Below are positions 18,977 to 28,543 of a DNA stretch of 64,000 nt, in pieces. The notes beneath the pieces are model-generated. The model was not told where the DNA came from. It worked only from the letters and a program-made list of their open reading frames with translations, and did not search any database. The translations under genes and the position numbers were made by a program. Each line of letters begins with the position of its first letter. Within the stretch, counting starts at the first letter, position 1. The stretch is from Rhizomicrobium sp. Its GTDB lineage: Bacteria > Pseudomonadota > Alphaproteobacteria > Micropepsales > Micropepsaceae. The DNA lies in assembly GCA_035605955.1 (NCBI GenBank), contig DATNGI010000066.1, positions 14,495-78,494 of the forward strand, given 5' to 3'.

Positions 18977-19384
18977 ATGTTCTTTGCCATTATGGCGCTG
19001 GCAAGCGCCGCACTTCAGACCGGATCCTTGGAGGAAGCGTCCAAGAGCTTCGACGACGCGCAGCTGCATCACGACCGCGCCGCCATCGAAGCCTTTCTGG
19101 CGCCCGACTTCCAATATGTCACCCGCAAGGGAAAACTTTTGGGGCGGAAGGAATTCATCGAAGCCACCACCACACAAGGCGAGACGCTCGATCCCTTCGT
19201 GATCGCCGATCATCGCGTCATGCATCTGGGTGCTGGCGGCGGGATCGCCAGCGGCGATGCGCGCGTCAAAGGCACCCAGGATGGCAAGGCGCTCTCGGAC
19301 CGATTCCGTTACGCCGACATTTTCGAGCATCGCAACGGACGCTGGATAGTGGTCTATACCCAGGTGACTACGCCCGTCGACTAA
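18977..19384 (+). CDS. NTF2-like/DUF4440 protein
   Basis: D...L...LAPDF.YV...G....R.EFI and R..D.F..R.GRW.VV..Q.T motifs. Confidence 0.85.
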   Translation: MFFAIMALASAALQTGSLEEASKSFDDAQLHHDRAAIEAFLAPDFQYVTRKGKLLGRKEFIEATTTQGETLDPFVIADHRVMHLGAGGGIASGDARVKGTQDGKALSDRFRYADIFEHRNGRWIVVYTQVTTPVD

Positions 19385-19388
19385 GGAC

Positions 19389-19418
19389 GACCGGGCGGCG
19401 ATGGGCCGCCGCCCGGTC
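19389..19418. terminator. Hairpin between convergent genes
   Basis: 12-bp perfect stem GACCGGGCGGCG/CGCCGCCCGGTC. Confidence 0.6.
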
Positions 19419-19425
19419 TTGACGA

Positions 19426-19752
19426 CTAGAAGTCGAACCAGACGCTGCCGCCCGATCCGTAACGCCGGTCATAATAATAGGGCCGGTCGTAATAGCGGTG
19501 GCGCCAGGCCTCGCGCCGCTCCCAGTCGCGGCGGTCACGCCAATCGTGACGCCAGTCGCGGTCATAACGGCCGTAAATGCCGCCATAATAGTTCGGCACA
19601 TAGTGGCAATCGGTGCCGCGCCAGTCGCATACGGTGCGTGCTGCGGCCGGTGCGCTTGTCGTGCCGAGCCCGACAAGCGAAATTCCGGCAAGCATGATCG
19701 CTGTTCCGGCAAGTTTCTTGAGGGTACCAAGTTTCTTGAGAGTGATGGTCAT
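19426..19752 (-). CDS. Secreted protein with RDW/RHDW charge repeats
   Basis: Signal/TM segment; CDWRGTDC; RDWRHDWRDRRDWERR; YGSGGSVWFDF end. Confidence 0.7.
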   Translation of the reverse strand: MTITLKKLGTLKKLAGTAIMLAGISLVGLGTTSAPAAARTVCDWRGTDCHYVPNYYGGIYGRYDRDWRHDWRDRRDWERREAWRHRYYDRPYYYDRRYGSGGSVWFDF

Positions 19753-19981
19753 GTGGCGCTCCATTTTCGGCTCATACGCGGGCAACCCTGATGGTCGCAG
19801 CCTGAACGGGATGTGAAGCGATGCGGGCCGAATTGTGTCGGTGGAACCTCGCCCCGTTTCCCGGGCCGGTTTTTCATGCTCCTTCCCTGTTCCAGGAAGG
19901 GGAACATCTGATAGAATTGCTTCGTGCGCGGCACGCTACGCCGCCAACGCCGTTTTCTTTCCATCCAGGCAAGGAGGACCT

Positions 19982-20320
19982 ATGCGAAAACTCGCCCTTT
20001 TCACGCTTCCCTTTGTGCTCGCATCCGGCGCAGCCGTCGCGCAAATGAATCCAGGCTTCGACAATCAGACCGGCCATGCCCAGAACGCCGCGCGCATGAG
20101 CGGATTGCACGATCCCGCCAATGGCGTGCATCAGATGGATACGGCGGGGGCCAATCCTTACACCGCGCCGGGCAGTGGCCCGCTCACCACCGCCACATCG
20201 CCCGAGGCCAATTCTGCCGCCACCGCGCCTTCGACGGCGGGCGGCGCCTTGCCGCTGGCGGGCAGCGCCAATAGCGGCTCGCAATCGGGCTCCATGCCTG
20301 GCGGCCAGCAACCCCAATAG
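19982..20320 (+). CDS. Secreted low-complexity protein
   Basis: RBS AGGAGG; signal peptide MRKLALFTLPFVLASGAAVA. Confidence 0.75.
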   Translation: MRKLALFTLPFVLASGAAVAQMNPGFDNQTGHAQNAARMSGLHDPANGVHQMDTAGANPYTAPGSGPLTTATSPEANSAATAPSTAGGALPLAGSANSGSQSGSMPGGQQPQ

Positions 20321-20553
20321 GTGAGATGACGGCGCGCCCGCGACACGATTCTTTATGGCATCGCGTCGGGGGCCGTTCGCGTTCGGCCTCATGGGTGGCG
20401 GCGGGTTTCCTGGCGCTGCTGTTTCTCGCCCTGCTTTGGACGGCAACGCATATCGGTTGACTTAACAAAAGTTGAAGCGCGGAAATGTTTCGCGGCGGGC
20501 ACATTCGCCGCCGCGAGCCGTTCTCTTTCCAACAGGGAAGGAAATTTCGGCAG

Positions 20554-20952
20554 ATGCGCATACTGGCAATCATCCTCATTCCGCTCTTGTTCGGCGCGAG
20601 CGTGGCCTTGGCGCAGCAGAGCGGCGGCGTATCGGGAGGCGCCACCGGCAGTACCGGCGCAACGCCTGGAACCGCGAGCGGCGCGATAGGCGTGAATGGC
20701 GCGGCAGGCAGCAACACGCCGACGACGACCGGCACCATCACCGGAACAGCCAATGGCACGGTTCCAACCACGCCCGGCGCCGATGCCGGGGGAGCGGCCA
20801 CTGGAGCAGCTACTGGCGCGGCCATGCAGACGGAGCGTCCCCACCGGCTGGGCGGCCCCGTGCCGCGCCGTCCCGGCGTCAATGGCGCGCAGCCATCTTC
20901 CGGCGGCACGGCGCCGACTATGACGCCCAACAGCAGCACACCGCAGCCATGA
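20554..20952 (+). CDS. Secreted Gly/Thr/Ala-rich protein
   Basis: Signal peptide MRILAIILIPLLFGASVALA; ATGA overlap with the next gene. Confidence 0.7.
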   Translation: MRILAIILIPLLFGASVALAQQSGGVSGGATGSTGATPGTASGAIGVNGAAGSNTPTTTGTITGTANGTVPTTPGADAGGAATGAATGAAMQTERPHRLGGPVPRRPGVNGAQPSSGGTAPTMTPNSSTPQP

Positions 20953-21314
20953 CGCGCGACAAGACGAAAAGCAAGGCACCCGCCGCGCCGAGGCATACCG
21001 GGCCTTGGAACGAGTATGCCGACGCCACCGGCATCGATTCAAAATATGCTGAGGAACAAGCCGAAGCCGAGCGTCAGCTCAAACAGGCGACAGCGGGTCC
21101 CGAGGCCGTCAATCCGCGTGGCGCGGGCGTCGCCATAGGTGACACGGAGATGAAGAACCCGCATGGCGCTTTCGCTTCGCCGGCGCCGCATGCAGGCCCG
21201 CACCGTCAGACCGATCCCGGCGCCGACGGCCAGAGCAACCGCAAGCCCGGCGGTTCTGTCGATCCCGAAGGCCGGCAGGGTGGGGCCATCCCCGGCGAAA
21301 AGCATCGCACTTAA
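20949..21314 (+). CDS. Hydrophilic hypothetical protein
   Basis: ATGA coupling at 20949-20952; MTRDKTKSK... to TAA. Confidence 0.6.
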   Translation: MTRDKTKSKAPAAPRHTGPWNEYADATGIDSKYAEEQAEAERQLKQATAGPEAVNPRGAGVAIGDTEMKNPHGAFASPAPHAGPHRQTDPGADGQSNRKPGGSVDPEGRQGGAIPGEKHRT

Positions 21315-21376
21315 GCGTGAAGTTCACGGCGGCGTGAAGCTCGCCGTTTCTCGAATGGGTTCGCCGCTACCATGCC

Positions 21377-21862
21377 CTAGTTCGAATGCGCGCTCTCGAC
21401 GCCGACATGCAGCATGGTCTCGAACAGCATGCTGACATAGCGCACACCGACGGCGATGGGCCCGGTGGCGCCGATCCAAAGCCCCGCCAGCGCGAAGATG
21501 CCCTGGAGCAGATAAAGCGCGCCCAGCATCACTTCCTTGAGGAGCCAGCCGATCGCCGAGCTGGCGATGATGGCTAAGGTAGCGAAGACGACGCCGCCCA
21601 GAAACGGATGGAAGCCGATGCTGGTTTGCGCCATCAAAACGCCCGCCACCATGAAGCCCGTCACGAACACAGCGATGGAGAAAAATGGAGGCTAGCCAAG
21701 ATTGCTGCACCACCAGATGCCAGACCGTGTCGAACAAAGCGGCGATGAACAGCGAGAACGCACTCTGGCCATTACCCCGATGATGGCTGCGGCGCGCAGA
21801 GATAGCGGCTGGCGATCTGGTCGGGATTGATCGCGCCGGCGCGTCTCGCCGGCTTTCGCCAT
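21377..21862 (-). pseudogene. Membrane protein gene with two compensating 1-nt frameshifts (pseudogene or assembly error)
   Basis: RBS AGGGA + ATG at 21862; adding one base at GG 21767-68 and removing one A from the A5 run at 21681-85 gives a continuous four-TM protein. Confidence 0.55.
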
Positions 21863-22068
21863 TGTCCCTGCGCGTGGGCGCAAGGTCCGCGAGTTGAATT
21901 GCTCTCCCCAAGCCCAGGGAATGACAGGTTCGGGTGGCATTATGAGGATTTCACAAACGGGCGGTTAACTGTAAGTCGGCGCCCAAGACTGCGACGGGAC
22001 GCCATTAAGGTCTTGGTGCCCAATGCATCGCATCATGCGCGGGGCAAGGTGGGCGAAAGGGATCGGCC

Positions 22069-22344
22069 ATGGACTTGTTGGGCAGCTTCAGTGGCAAGGG
22101 ACAGTTGGTTCAGGGCGGCAGCGATTTGGGCGCGGTCGGCTACGAATATAATGTCTATGACGCCGAGGGCGGTGCGGTCGGCACCGGCTTTCTGGCGGGC
22201 GAGCCGGGATTGTTCGTGAAGGCGGCGGCGCTATCCGATCTGTCGCTGCGCCTGGCCGATGGCCAGGAGATGCCCATCGAGATCACCAAAACGGTGGGCA
22301 ACGATGCGGAGTTCGACACGCCGGGACCGATCCCTGGCTACTGA
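22069..22344 (+). CDS. Small beta-rich hypothetical protein
   Basis: RBS AGGGA; G.G.L......G.V.YE pattern; 91 aa. Confidence 0.7.
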   Translation: MDLLGSFSGKGQLVQGGSDLGAVGYEYNVYDAEGGAVGTGFLAGEPGLFVKAAALSDLSLRLADGQEMPIEITKTVGNDAEFDTPGPIPGY

Positions 22345-22419
22345 GCGGTGCGGCGGTCCGTAGCGCCAGCGTGCGGCGGGTGGGGAAGATTACACGCGCG
22401 ACGAACGACGCAAGCTCCC

Positions 22420-22659
22420 TCAAATCAGCAAATTCACCCATTTGGGCGCGGCGGCTTCGCCCATGCATTCCGCTTCGCTGGAATCCAGCCCATCACCCGG
22501 CGCGTTGGCGATCTCGGTGGCGCGGATTTCCACGGCTTCGGCGGTGCGGATGAAGAGGCCGACGTAAAAAACGTCCTCGGTTCCGTCGGCGGAACGGCGA
22601 AGCTGTTGCGCGATCCTCAGCAATTGGCGCAGATGATGCGCTTTGGGGCTTTCTCCCAT
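22420..22659 (-). CDS. Small hypothetical protein
   Basis: 79-aa amphipathic helical ORF; RBS GGAG. Confidence 0.6.
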   Translation of the reverse strand: MGESPKAHHLRQLLRIAQQLRRSADGTEDVFYVGLFIRTAEAVEIRATEIANAPGDGLDSSEAECMGEAAAPKWVNLLI

Positions 22660-22725
22660 GGGCTGAAAACCCGGCTGCGCCGATATGGTTGCGCGGCGAC
22701 GCCAAGCTCCCGCATCTTTCGCGGT

Positions 22726-22938
22726 TCACCCGCTGAACATCGCCGCCATCCATGCAATGCCCGTTCCCAACACAATCCAGCACGCGCCGGCCATGGCGAA
22801 GAGCCAGATCGGCCGGATCGGCTTGATGCGATCTTCCCATTCCAGATGCTCGATGCCGGCGTCGCGCTGTGTTCGCGAATAGCGGAAATCGCGCGGATCG
22901 TGATCGGCCAGAGAGCCGGGACGCGTCGTGCGCCGCAT
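22726..22938 (-). CDS. Small protein with C-terminal TM helix
   Basis: DPR..R..RT.R.AG motif followed by a hydrophobic helix. Confidence 0.6.
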   Translation of the reverse strand: MRRTTRPGSLADHDPRDFRYSRTQRDAGIEHLEWEDRIKPIRPIWLFAMAGACWIVLGTGIAWMAAMFSG

Positions 22939-22957
22939 GCGGTCGAGATGTTCGATA

Positions 22958-23245
22958 TTACTCACCGTGAATGGCCTCCGTGATGGCATGGGTCCAGCGG
23001 GCGCGGTCGGGCGTGCCATCCGCGAGCGCCGCCAGAAGATCGGTCAGCGCATCGGCGCGCAGCGCGGTCAGGGGATGGGCCTCTTTCACCGCACCTTCAA
23101 AGCGGGCGAGCGCGGCATAGAAAATCTCCTGCGCCCGATATTCGCGGTCGCGATCGTCGTCGGAGACGCCGGGGGCGCGCTTGCCCGCCAGCCGTGCGAA
23201 GGTGGAAAGCAAATTCCGTTCATAGGCCGCGCGGGTAAAATCCAT
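22958..23245 (-). CDS. Small helical hypothetical protein
   Basis: RBS AGGAGA; 95 aa. Confidence 0.65.
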   Translation of the reverse strand: MDFTRAAYERNLLSTFARLAGKRAPGVSDDDRDREYRAQEIFYAALARFEGAVKEAHPLTALRADALTDLLAALADGTPDRARWTHAITEAIHGE

Positions 23246-23481
23246 GCCGTCGTCTCTCCTTCATCCGGCTAACGCCTGCCGCGAGAGCCTGGCGGGTTGG
23301 GGGGACAGACCCGGCCCTCAAGCGGCAGGCGGCACCAGAGGTGCGGGAACGACCCTACAACAGGGATTATTGTATTCAACAACAATAGTTGTTGCGCGTG
23401 CTAAAACATCACAACCGCGTGCATCGTCATGGCGCCTGCGGCGGCGTATAAAGACCTCAAGGGGCGGGCTGGGGTTGCAGC

Positions 23482-24315
23482 ATGACACGCAAGATTGCGG
23501 GATCGCTTTTCGTGCCGCTGTTGGTGCTGTTGGCCGCGCCGGTTTTGGCCCAGCCTGCGCCGCCGCCAGCACCGCCCGCCGCCGCTTCCAGGCCGCCGCT
23601 GCCCTGGGACCAGGATGTGAAAATGTTCCTGGCGGCGCAGCCCGATCTGCAGAAAGCGTCGATCCGCGCGCTCGCCAGTCATGCGACGGATTTCGAAGCG
23701 GCGCTGGCGCGGGGCGCACAATATTTCCCCGATGGCGTGGTGGTGGATGGGCGGCGCTATGTCATGGCCGACGGGCCTACCGAAACACTGGCCGTGACGC
23801 TGAAGGGCGCTATCGGCGATCCCAAGGACCCGGCGCATATGCCGGTCATGGTGCAGCCCAATGTCTACACCATGATCGCGCTGGAGCTGGGCACTTATTA
23901 CAACGAGATGGACCGCCAGGATGACGGCATCCGCGCGCTGGACCAGGGCCTGAGGCTGTCGCCCTATCCCAAGGAAGGGATGGGCGCGCATGCCGCCGAG
24001 ATCCTGGGCGAGAAAGGCTTCGCGCTGGGAAGCGAAAAGAAATTCGACCAGGCGCTGGCCACCTATCAGGGCGGGCTCAATCTCAAGGGCATTCAACCGC
24101 GCGACCGCGCCCGGCTGGAACGGGGCGAGGGCTTTGTCCTGACCGAGATGGACAGGCTGGACGATGCCGAAGCGGCCTATAAGGCCTCGCTCAATGACGA
24201 GCCCAACAATCCACGCGCCCTGAACGAGCTCGCCTATATCGCCAAGCTGCGTGCGGGCGGGCCCAAGGCGCCCACCGAAAGCGTGCTGGTTCCACACGAC
24301 GCACCAGCCAAATAG
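23482..24315 (+). CDS. Secreted tetratricopeptide-repeat protein
   Basis: Signal peptide; TPR-like helices (ELGTYYNEM...DGIRAL.QGL; EKGFAL....F.QAL..YQ; DAEAAYKASL..EPNN.RA..EL). Confidence 0.85.
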   Translation: MTRKIAGSLFVPLLVLLAAPVLAQPAPPPAPPAAASRPPLPWDQDVKMFLAAQPDLQKASIRALASHATDFEAALARGAQYFPDGVVVDGRRYVMADGPTETLAVTLKGAIGDPKDPAHMPVMVQPNVYTMIALELGTYYNEMDRQDDGIRALDQGLRLSPYPKEGMGAHAAEILGEKGFALGSEKKFDQALATYQGGLNLKGIQPRDRARLERGEGFVLTEMDRLDDAEAAYKASLNDEPNNPRALNELAYIAKLRAGGPKAPTESVLVPHDAPAK

Positions 24316-24503
24316 CCGGTTTTAAGCAAATGTAATGCGCCCGCCCGTGCCTCGCGCGGCCGCCATGCGTTACGCCGGATTGCAGCAACCCGGTTTACCC
24401 GGCATGAACCCGCCATGGCGGACAAGCGCCAAGAGGCCATGGATCGGCCAGGCCGCCTTGGTTATACGTCGCTGATCGTTTGAAACATCGCTCGGGGGCT
24501 TTG

Positions 24504-25637
24504 TTGAAACAGAGGATTGCGATCGCGTTGATGGGCGTTTGCGCGCTTTGCGCATGCGGGCGGGGCGAAACCCGCGCTCCCGCGGCGCCCTTGCCGCAAG
24601 TCGAATTCATCGCCGTGGCCGAAAGCCATCTGCCGCTGGGCGAGACACTGGCGGGCAAAACCGAAGCCTTTGCCGTGGCCGATGTGCGTCCGCAGGTGAG
24701 CGGGCAATTGACCGAGCGTCTGTTCGCGGAAGGAAGCGAGGTCGCGGCCGGCCAACCGCTGTTCCAGATCGACCGCGCGCCCTATCAGGCGGCTTATGAC
24801 GGAGCGAGCGCGATTTTGCAGAACGCTGAGGACGCGCTGGCGCTGGCCGAAGCCAAGGCCAAACGTTATGCCGAACTCTATAAGCAGTTCGCCATCTCCA
24901 AGCAGGACAATGACAGCGTCCAGGCGGCTTACAAGCAAGCCGCCACCATCGTGGCGCAACAGAAGGCGGTGTTGGAAAACGCCGAACTCAATCTCAACAA
25001 CACGCTGATCCGCGCGCCGATCTCCGGCTATGTCGGCCGTTCGCAGATCAGCCAGGGCGCGCTGGTCACCGCCTATCAGCAAAGCCCGCTGGCGGTGGTG
25101 GAGGCGATCAATCCCATCTATGTCGATGTGGGCGTGCTGCCGGGCCTGCTGGCCACCTTGAAGGACCGACTGGCGGGAGCTGCGCGCAAAGGCGCGGGCC
25201 AACCCGCCACGCATGTGAAGCTGAAATTCGAAGACGGCGCGCTTTATCCGCTGGAAGGCAAGCTGTCCTTCGCCAATGTCGCTTTCGACAAAATCGAGGG
25301 CAAGGTCGTGCTGCGCGCCACCTTTCCCAATCCCAAACTGGCACTGGGGCCGGGCATGAAAGTGAGCCTGGTCTATTCCGACGGCAGCGAGGACGTTGCG
25401 ATCCTTGTGCCCAAGGCGGCGCTGCATGACGGCGCGGATGGGCATGCGCAGGCGCTGGTGCTGGACCGCCGCGACATGGTGCGCGAGCGCGCCGTGACGG
25501 TGGGTGCGGTTACGGGCGACCAGGAGCGGGTGACGGCCGGGCTGGAGCCGGGCGACCGGCTGGTGGTCAATGCCCCCGCGCGCGTGCATGCCGGTATGCG
25601 CGTTCGCGCCGTGGCGCATCAGGTGCCGTCGTCGTAA
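24504..25637 (+). CDS. RND efflux periplasmic adaptor (MFP, AcrA-like lipoprotein)
   Basis: LCAC lipobox; VRPQVSG, G..V.AGQPLFQID..PY and IRAPISG.VGRS....GALV motifs. Confidence 0.92.
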   Translation: MKQRIAIALMGVCALCACGRGETRAPAAPLPQVEFIAVAESHLPLGETLAGKTEAFAVADVRPQVSGQLTERLFAEGSEVAAGQPLFQIDRAPYQAAYDGASAILQNAEDALALAEAKAKRYAELYKQFAISKQDNDSVQAAYKQAATIVAQQKAVLENAELNLNNTLIRAPISGYVGRSQISQGALVTAYQQSPLAVVEAINPIYVDVGVLPGLLATLKDRLAGAARKGAGQPATHVKLKFEDGALYPLEGKLSFANVAFDKIEGKVVLRATFPNPKLALGPGMKVSLVYSDGSEDVAILVPKAALHDGADGHAQALVLDRRDMVRERAVTVGAVTGDQERVTAGLEPGDRLVVNAPARVHAGMRVRAVAHQVPSS

Positions 25638-25667
25638 GACCTTCGTATCATCGCGAAGGAGTGGCCT

Positions 25668-26369
25668 GTGCCCGTCAACAAATTCGGACAGAAGATCGGC
25701 GAGCCGGTGGCGGGATGGACCGCGCGGCCCGCGCCGCCGCGCACCGCGATGGAAGGCCGCTTCTGCAAGGTTGTGCCGCTCGATGCCGCCCGCCATGCGG
25801 GCGAACTCTATGAGGCGTTCGCCGGCGCGCCGGAAGCGAGCTGGACTTATCTGCCCGACTATATGGGCCCGCATGCGACAGCGAAGGCGCTCAGCCAATG
25901 GCTGGAGACGGCCGAGGCGAGCAAGGATCCTCTGTGGCACACCATCATCGACGCCAAGACGGGGCGCGCGGTGGGCATCGCCTGTTATCTGCGCATGGAT
26001 GTCAATTCCGGCGCCATCGAGGTGGGCGGCTTGTTGTATGCGCCTGAGCTTCAGCGCACGCCCGCCGCGACCGAGGCGATGTATCTGATGATGCGGCGCG
26101 CTTTCGACGAGCTGGGCTATCGTCGCTATGAATGGAAATGCGATCAGTTGAACGCGCCGTCGCGGGCGGCGGCGCTGCGCCTGGGTTTCACCTTCGAAGG
26201 CACCTTCCGCCAGCATATGGTCTATCGCGGTCGCGCGCGGGATACGGACTGGTTTTCGGTGCTCCATGGCGAATGGCCGGCCTTGCGCGGAGCTTTCGAG
26301 CGCTGGCTGGCGCTGGATAATTTCAACGGCGAGGGGCGGCAGAAGAAGGGGCTTGCCGCATTTCGCTAA
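25668..26369 (+). CDS. GNAT acetyltransferase, RimJ/RimL family
   Basis: LQRTPAATEAMYL and LGYRRYEWKC..LN..SR.AALRLGF.FEG.FRQH motifs. Confidence 0.92.
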   Translation: MPVNKFGQKIGEPVAGWTARPAPPRTAMEGRFCKVVPLDAARHAGELYEAFAGAPEASWTYLPDYMGPHATAKALSQWLETAEASKDPLWHTIIDAKTGRAVGIACYLRMDVNSGAIEVGGLLYAPELQRTPAATEAMYLMMRRAFDELGYRRYEWKCDQLNAPSRAAALRLGFTFEGTFRQHMVYRGRARDTDWFSVLHGEWPALRGAFERWLALDNFNGEGRQKKGLAAFR

Positions 26370-26381
26370 TCCAGAGCAGCG

Positions 26382-27254
26382 TCAGCTTGGCGCCATCTGG
26401 CCCAAATAGCCCACGATTGCGATTACAGCCACGCCCAGAAGAATTTCGGCGGCGACATTTAAGGCAAGTTGCTGCGTGAGATGGCCATTCCGGATGCCCA
26501 AGGCCGGAACCAGTTGCAGCCGGTTCGCCACCGCCAGCCCGATCATGAAAAGCGCCAGCGCAATCTTGGCCGCCAGGACCTCGGCATAGGCATTATGCGG
26601 GGTAATCGTCTTGAGCGGCAGAATGGATGCGGCATTGACGATACCGCTCGCGATCAACATTGCCACCGCCGTCGTTCCCCACCGCGAGAACAGCCGGAAT
26701 GGCGCGATCAGATTCTGCGGCGTGTGACGGTCCTGTCCCAACAGACCCGCCAGCACCATCAGCCCGCCCACCCAGAAGCCGGCGCACAACAGATGCAGGG
26801 CGTCGTTGCCGGCGCGCAGCAGCGGAAATTCTCCGGCTGCCGCGGCGGCATGGCTGGTCAATCCCAGGCTCGCCAGAAGCAACCCCGCCAGGGCGGCCAG
26901 CCATTTCATACGCTCAGGCCGCGGCGACAGGCACAGGATGAAGAACAGGGCGAGACCCGCGACGCGCCACACCGCGATCCGTCCGAATTCCGTGTCCGAC
27001 GCCACCAGCTTGAGGGTCGTGGGATCGAACGCCTTGCCGGCATCGCCCACCATGTTTCCCGCCACCAGCGCGAACCAGAAAAGCGCCGTGACGAAAGCCA
27101 AGGCGGCGGCCGCCGGAAACAGCACGCGGATCATGCGTTCCGGCGGTCCCCCCAAACTGTGGGCGCTCAGCAAGGTTAGAAACGCCGCCGCGCCGAACCC
27201 TGCCATGAGACTGAGGAAGTGCAGGGCGCGGACGGCGGCGAACAGCAGGGTCAC
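26382..27254 (-). CDS. copD: Copper resistance/uptake inner-membrane protein CopD
   Basis: LTSHA, ALHLL.A..W.GGL, FS.....AV..L..SG..N and KI.L..M..LA..NR motifs; GTG start overlaps the copC stop. Confidence 0.88.
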   Translation of the reverse strand: MTLLFAAVRALHFLSLMAGFGAAAFLTLLSAHSLGGPPERMIRVLFPAAAALAFVTALFWFALVAGNMVGDAGKAFDPTTLKLVASDTEFGRIAVWRVAGLALFFILCLSPRPERMKWLAALAGLLLASLGLTSHAAAAAGEFPLLRAGNDALHLLCAGFWVGGLMVLAGLLGQDRHTPQNLIAPFRLFSRWGTTAVAMLIASGIVNAASILPLKTITPHNAYAEVLAAKIALALFMIGLAVANRLQLVPALGIRNGHLTQQLALNVAAEILLGVAVIAIVGYLGQMAPS

Positions 27255-27598
27255 GGTGTGACGGTGAAGGTGTAGCCGCCTTCCGTGCGGTGAGAATCGA
27301 CGGAAACCGCATGCCACGTCACGTGGTAAAGACCAGGCTTGAGGGGCGGCAGCGCGACGGTGATCATCGAATCCTTCACCGTAGCGGACAGACCGCTTAC
27401 CTCATGGCCGGCCGCATCCATCACGCTGGCGCCGCTAAGGCTGGGCTCCAGCTTTTCGGAGAGGGTAAGCGAAATCTCCTTGGGCGCGGCGAGTGTTTGA
27501 CCTGCACCGGGAACGGCATGCTGCAGGAAGGCATGCGCGAAAGCCGGCGTGGCGAGGGTAGCGGCGAAAAACAGACTCAGTGCGATACGGGTTTTCAT
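27251..27598 (-). CDS. copC: Periplasmic copper-binding protein CopC
   Basis: Signal AFA|HAFL (His1); P.G.Y.V.WHAVS.DSH..EG...F motif. Confidence 0.92.
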   Translation of the reverse strand: MKTRIALSLFFAATLATPAFAHAFLQHAVPGAGQTLAAPKEISLTLSEKLEPSLSGASVMDAAGHEVSGLSATVKDSMITVALPPLKPGLYHVTWHAVSVDSHRTEGGYTFTVTP

Positions 27599-28470
27599 GT
27601 GCGGGCTCCAAAGAAGGGTCTGCCAAGCGAGGCGGGAAACATGTCGTCGATGTAGAAATGCAGCTGTGCGATGACGCCGACATTGCCGCCGCTGGCTTTG
27701 TTGATGGGGATCATGGCTTCGATGGCGAATTGCTCCACCTGTCCCGACCAGATGATGCCGGGATTGATGGTGCCAGTGGTGCCGCCGCCGCCCGCTTGTA
27801 CCGGCGAGGAAAAGGCATATTCCACCACCGGCGTCAGATGCGCGATGAAGTTGGAGAAACCTTGATCGCGCACATTGTTCTGAAGGTAGAGAAAGCTGTA
27901 TTCGACCGCGCCGCTCCATTCGATGGATTTGGAGTCGGCGCTATCCGGCACGGCGTAGCCGATGGTGCCGGTGATCGCCAGCGGCCTCAAAAACGCCATC
28001 GAATCCGGCAGATCGCCGAAGCCCTTGCCGTATTTGAAAGTGGGCGTGTAGGTGGAGCGGCTGTCAGCCACCGCCTTGCTGCCGGTGCCGCCCGCTTCCC
28101 AATCCACGCCCAGCGCGAAGATCGTCTCGCTTTTGGGATCGCGATAGATTTCCAGCGTGGGTGAAATGTCGATATTGCCGAAGCCTGTCGCGGGCGTATC
28201 GCCCGGCGGCTTGGCATCGACATAGCCGGTGCCGATGCCGATGGCGAAGCCGGGAAAGATCGATTTCGACCAGTCGAACTCGTAATCGGTTTCATGATTG
28301 AAATGGGTGATGGTGGGAAAGGCCAATTCGTCCGCCGCGAAGGGATCGTCGGAGGAGATGGTGGCGGGGAAGAAGCGGTCGCCCAGAACGCCATGGGCGT
28401 GAGCGGTGGGGGAAAGGACGATCCCCCCAAGCAACAGGGCTGCGCCAAAGCGCAAATTTCGAACGGTCAT
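27595..28470 (-). CDS. Putative outer-membrane beta-barrel of the copCD operon
   Basis: Signal AHA|HG (N-terminal His); RFFPAT...DDPF..DEL; alternating beta-strand pattern; ATGA coupling to copC. Confidence 0.65.
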   Translation of the reverse strand: MTVRNLRFGAALLLGGIVLSPTAHAHGVLGDRFFPATISSDDPFAADELAFPTITHFNHETDYEFDWSKSIFPGFAIGIGTGYVDAKPPGDTPATGFGNIDISPTLEIYRDPKSETIFALGVDWEAGGTGSKAVADSRSTYTPTFKYGKGFGDLPDSMAFLRPLAITGTIGYAVPDSADSKSIEWSGAVEYSFLYLQNNVRDQGFSNFIAHLTPVVEYAFSSPVQAGGGGTTGTINPGIIWSGQVEQFAIEAMIPINKASGGNVGVIAQLHFYIDDMFPASLGRPFFGART

Positions 28471-28543
28471 GAATTTTCTCGCTATGGAAGTTACGGGAGC
28501 ATGCGCGCGCGATTGACGCGACGCAGTCTCGGCTCGTGATGCT

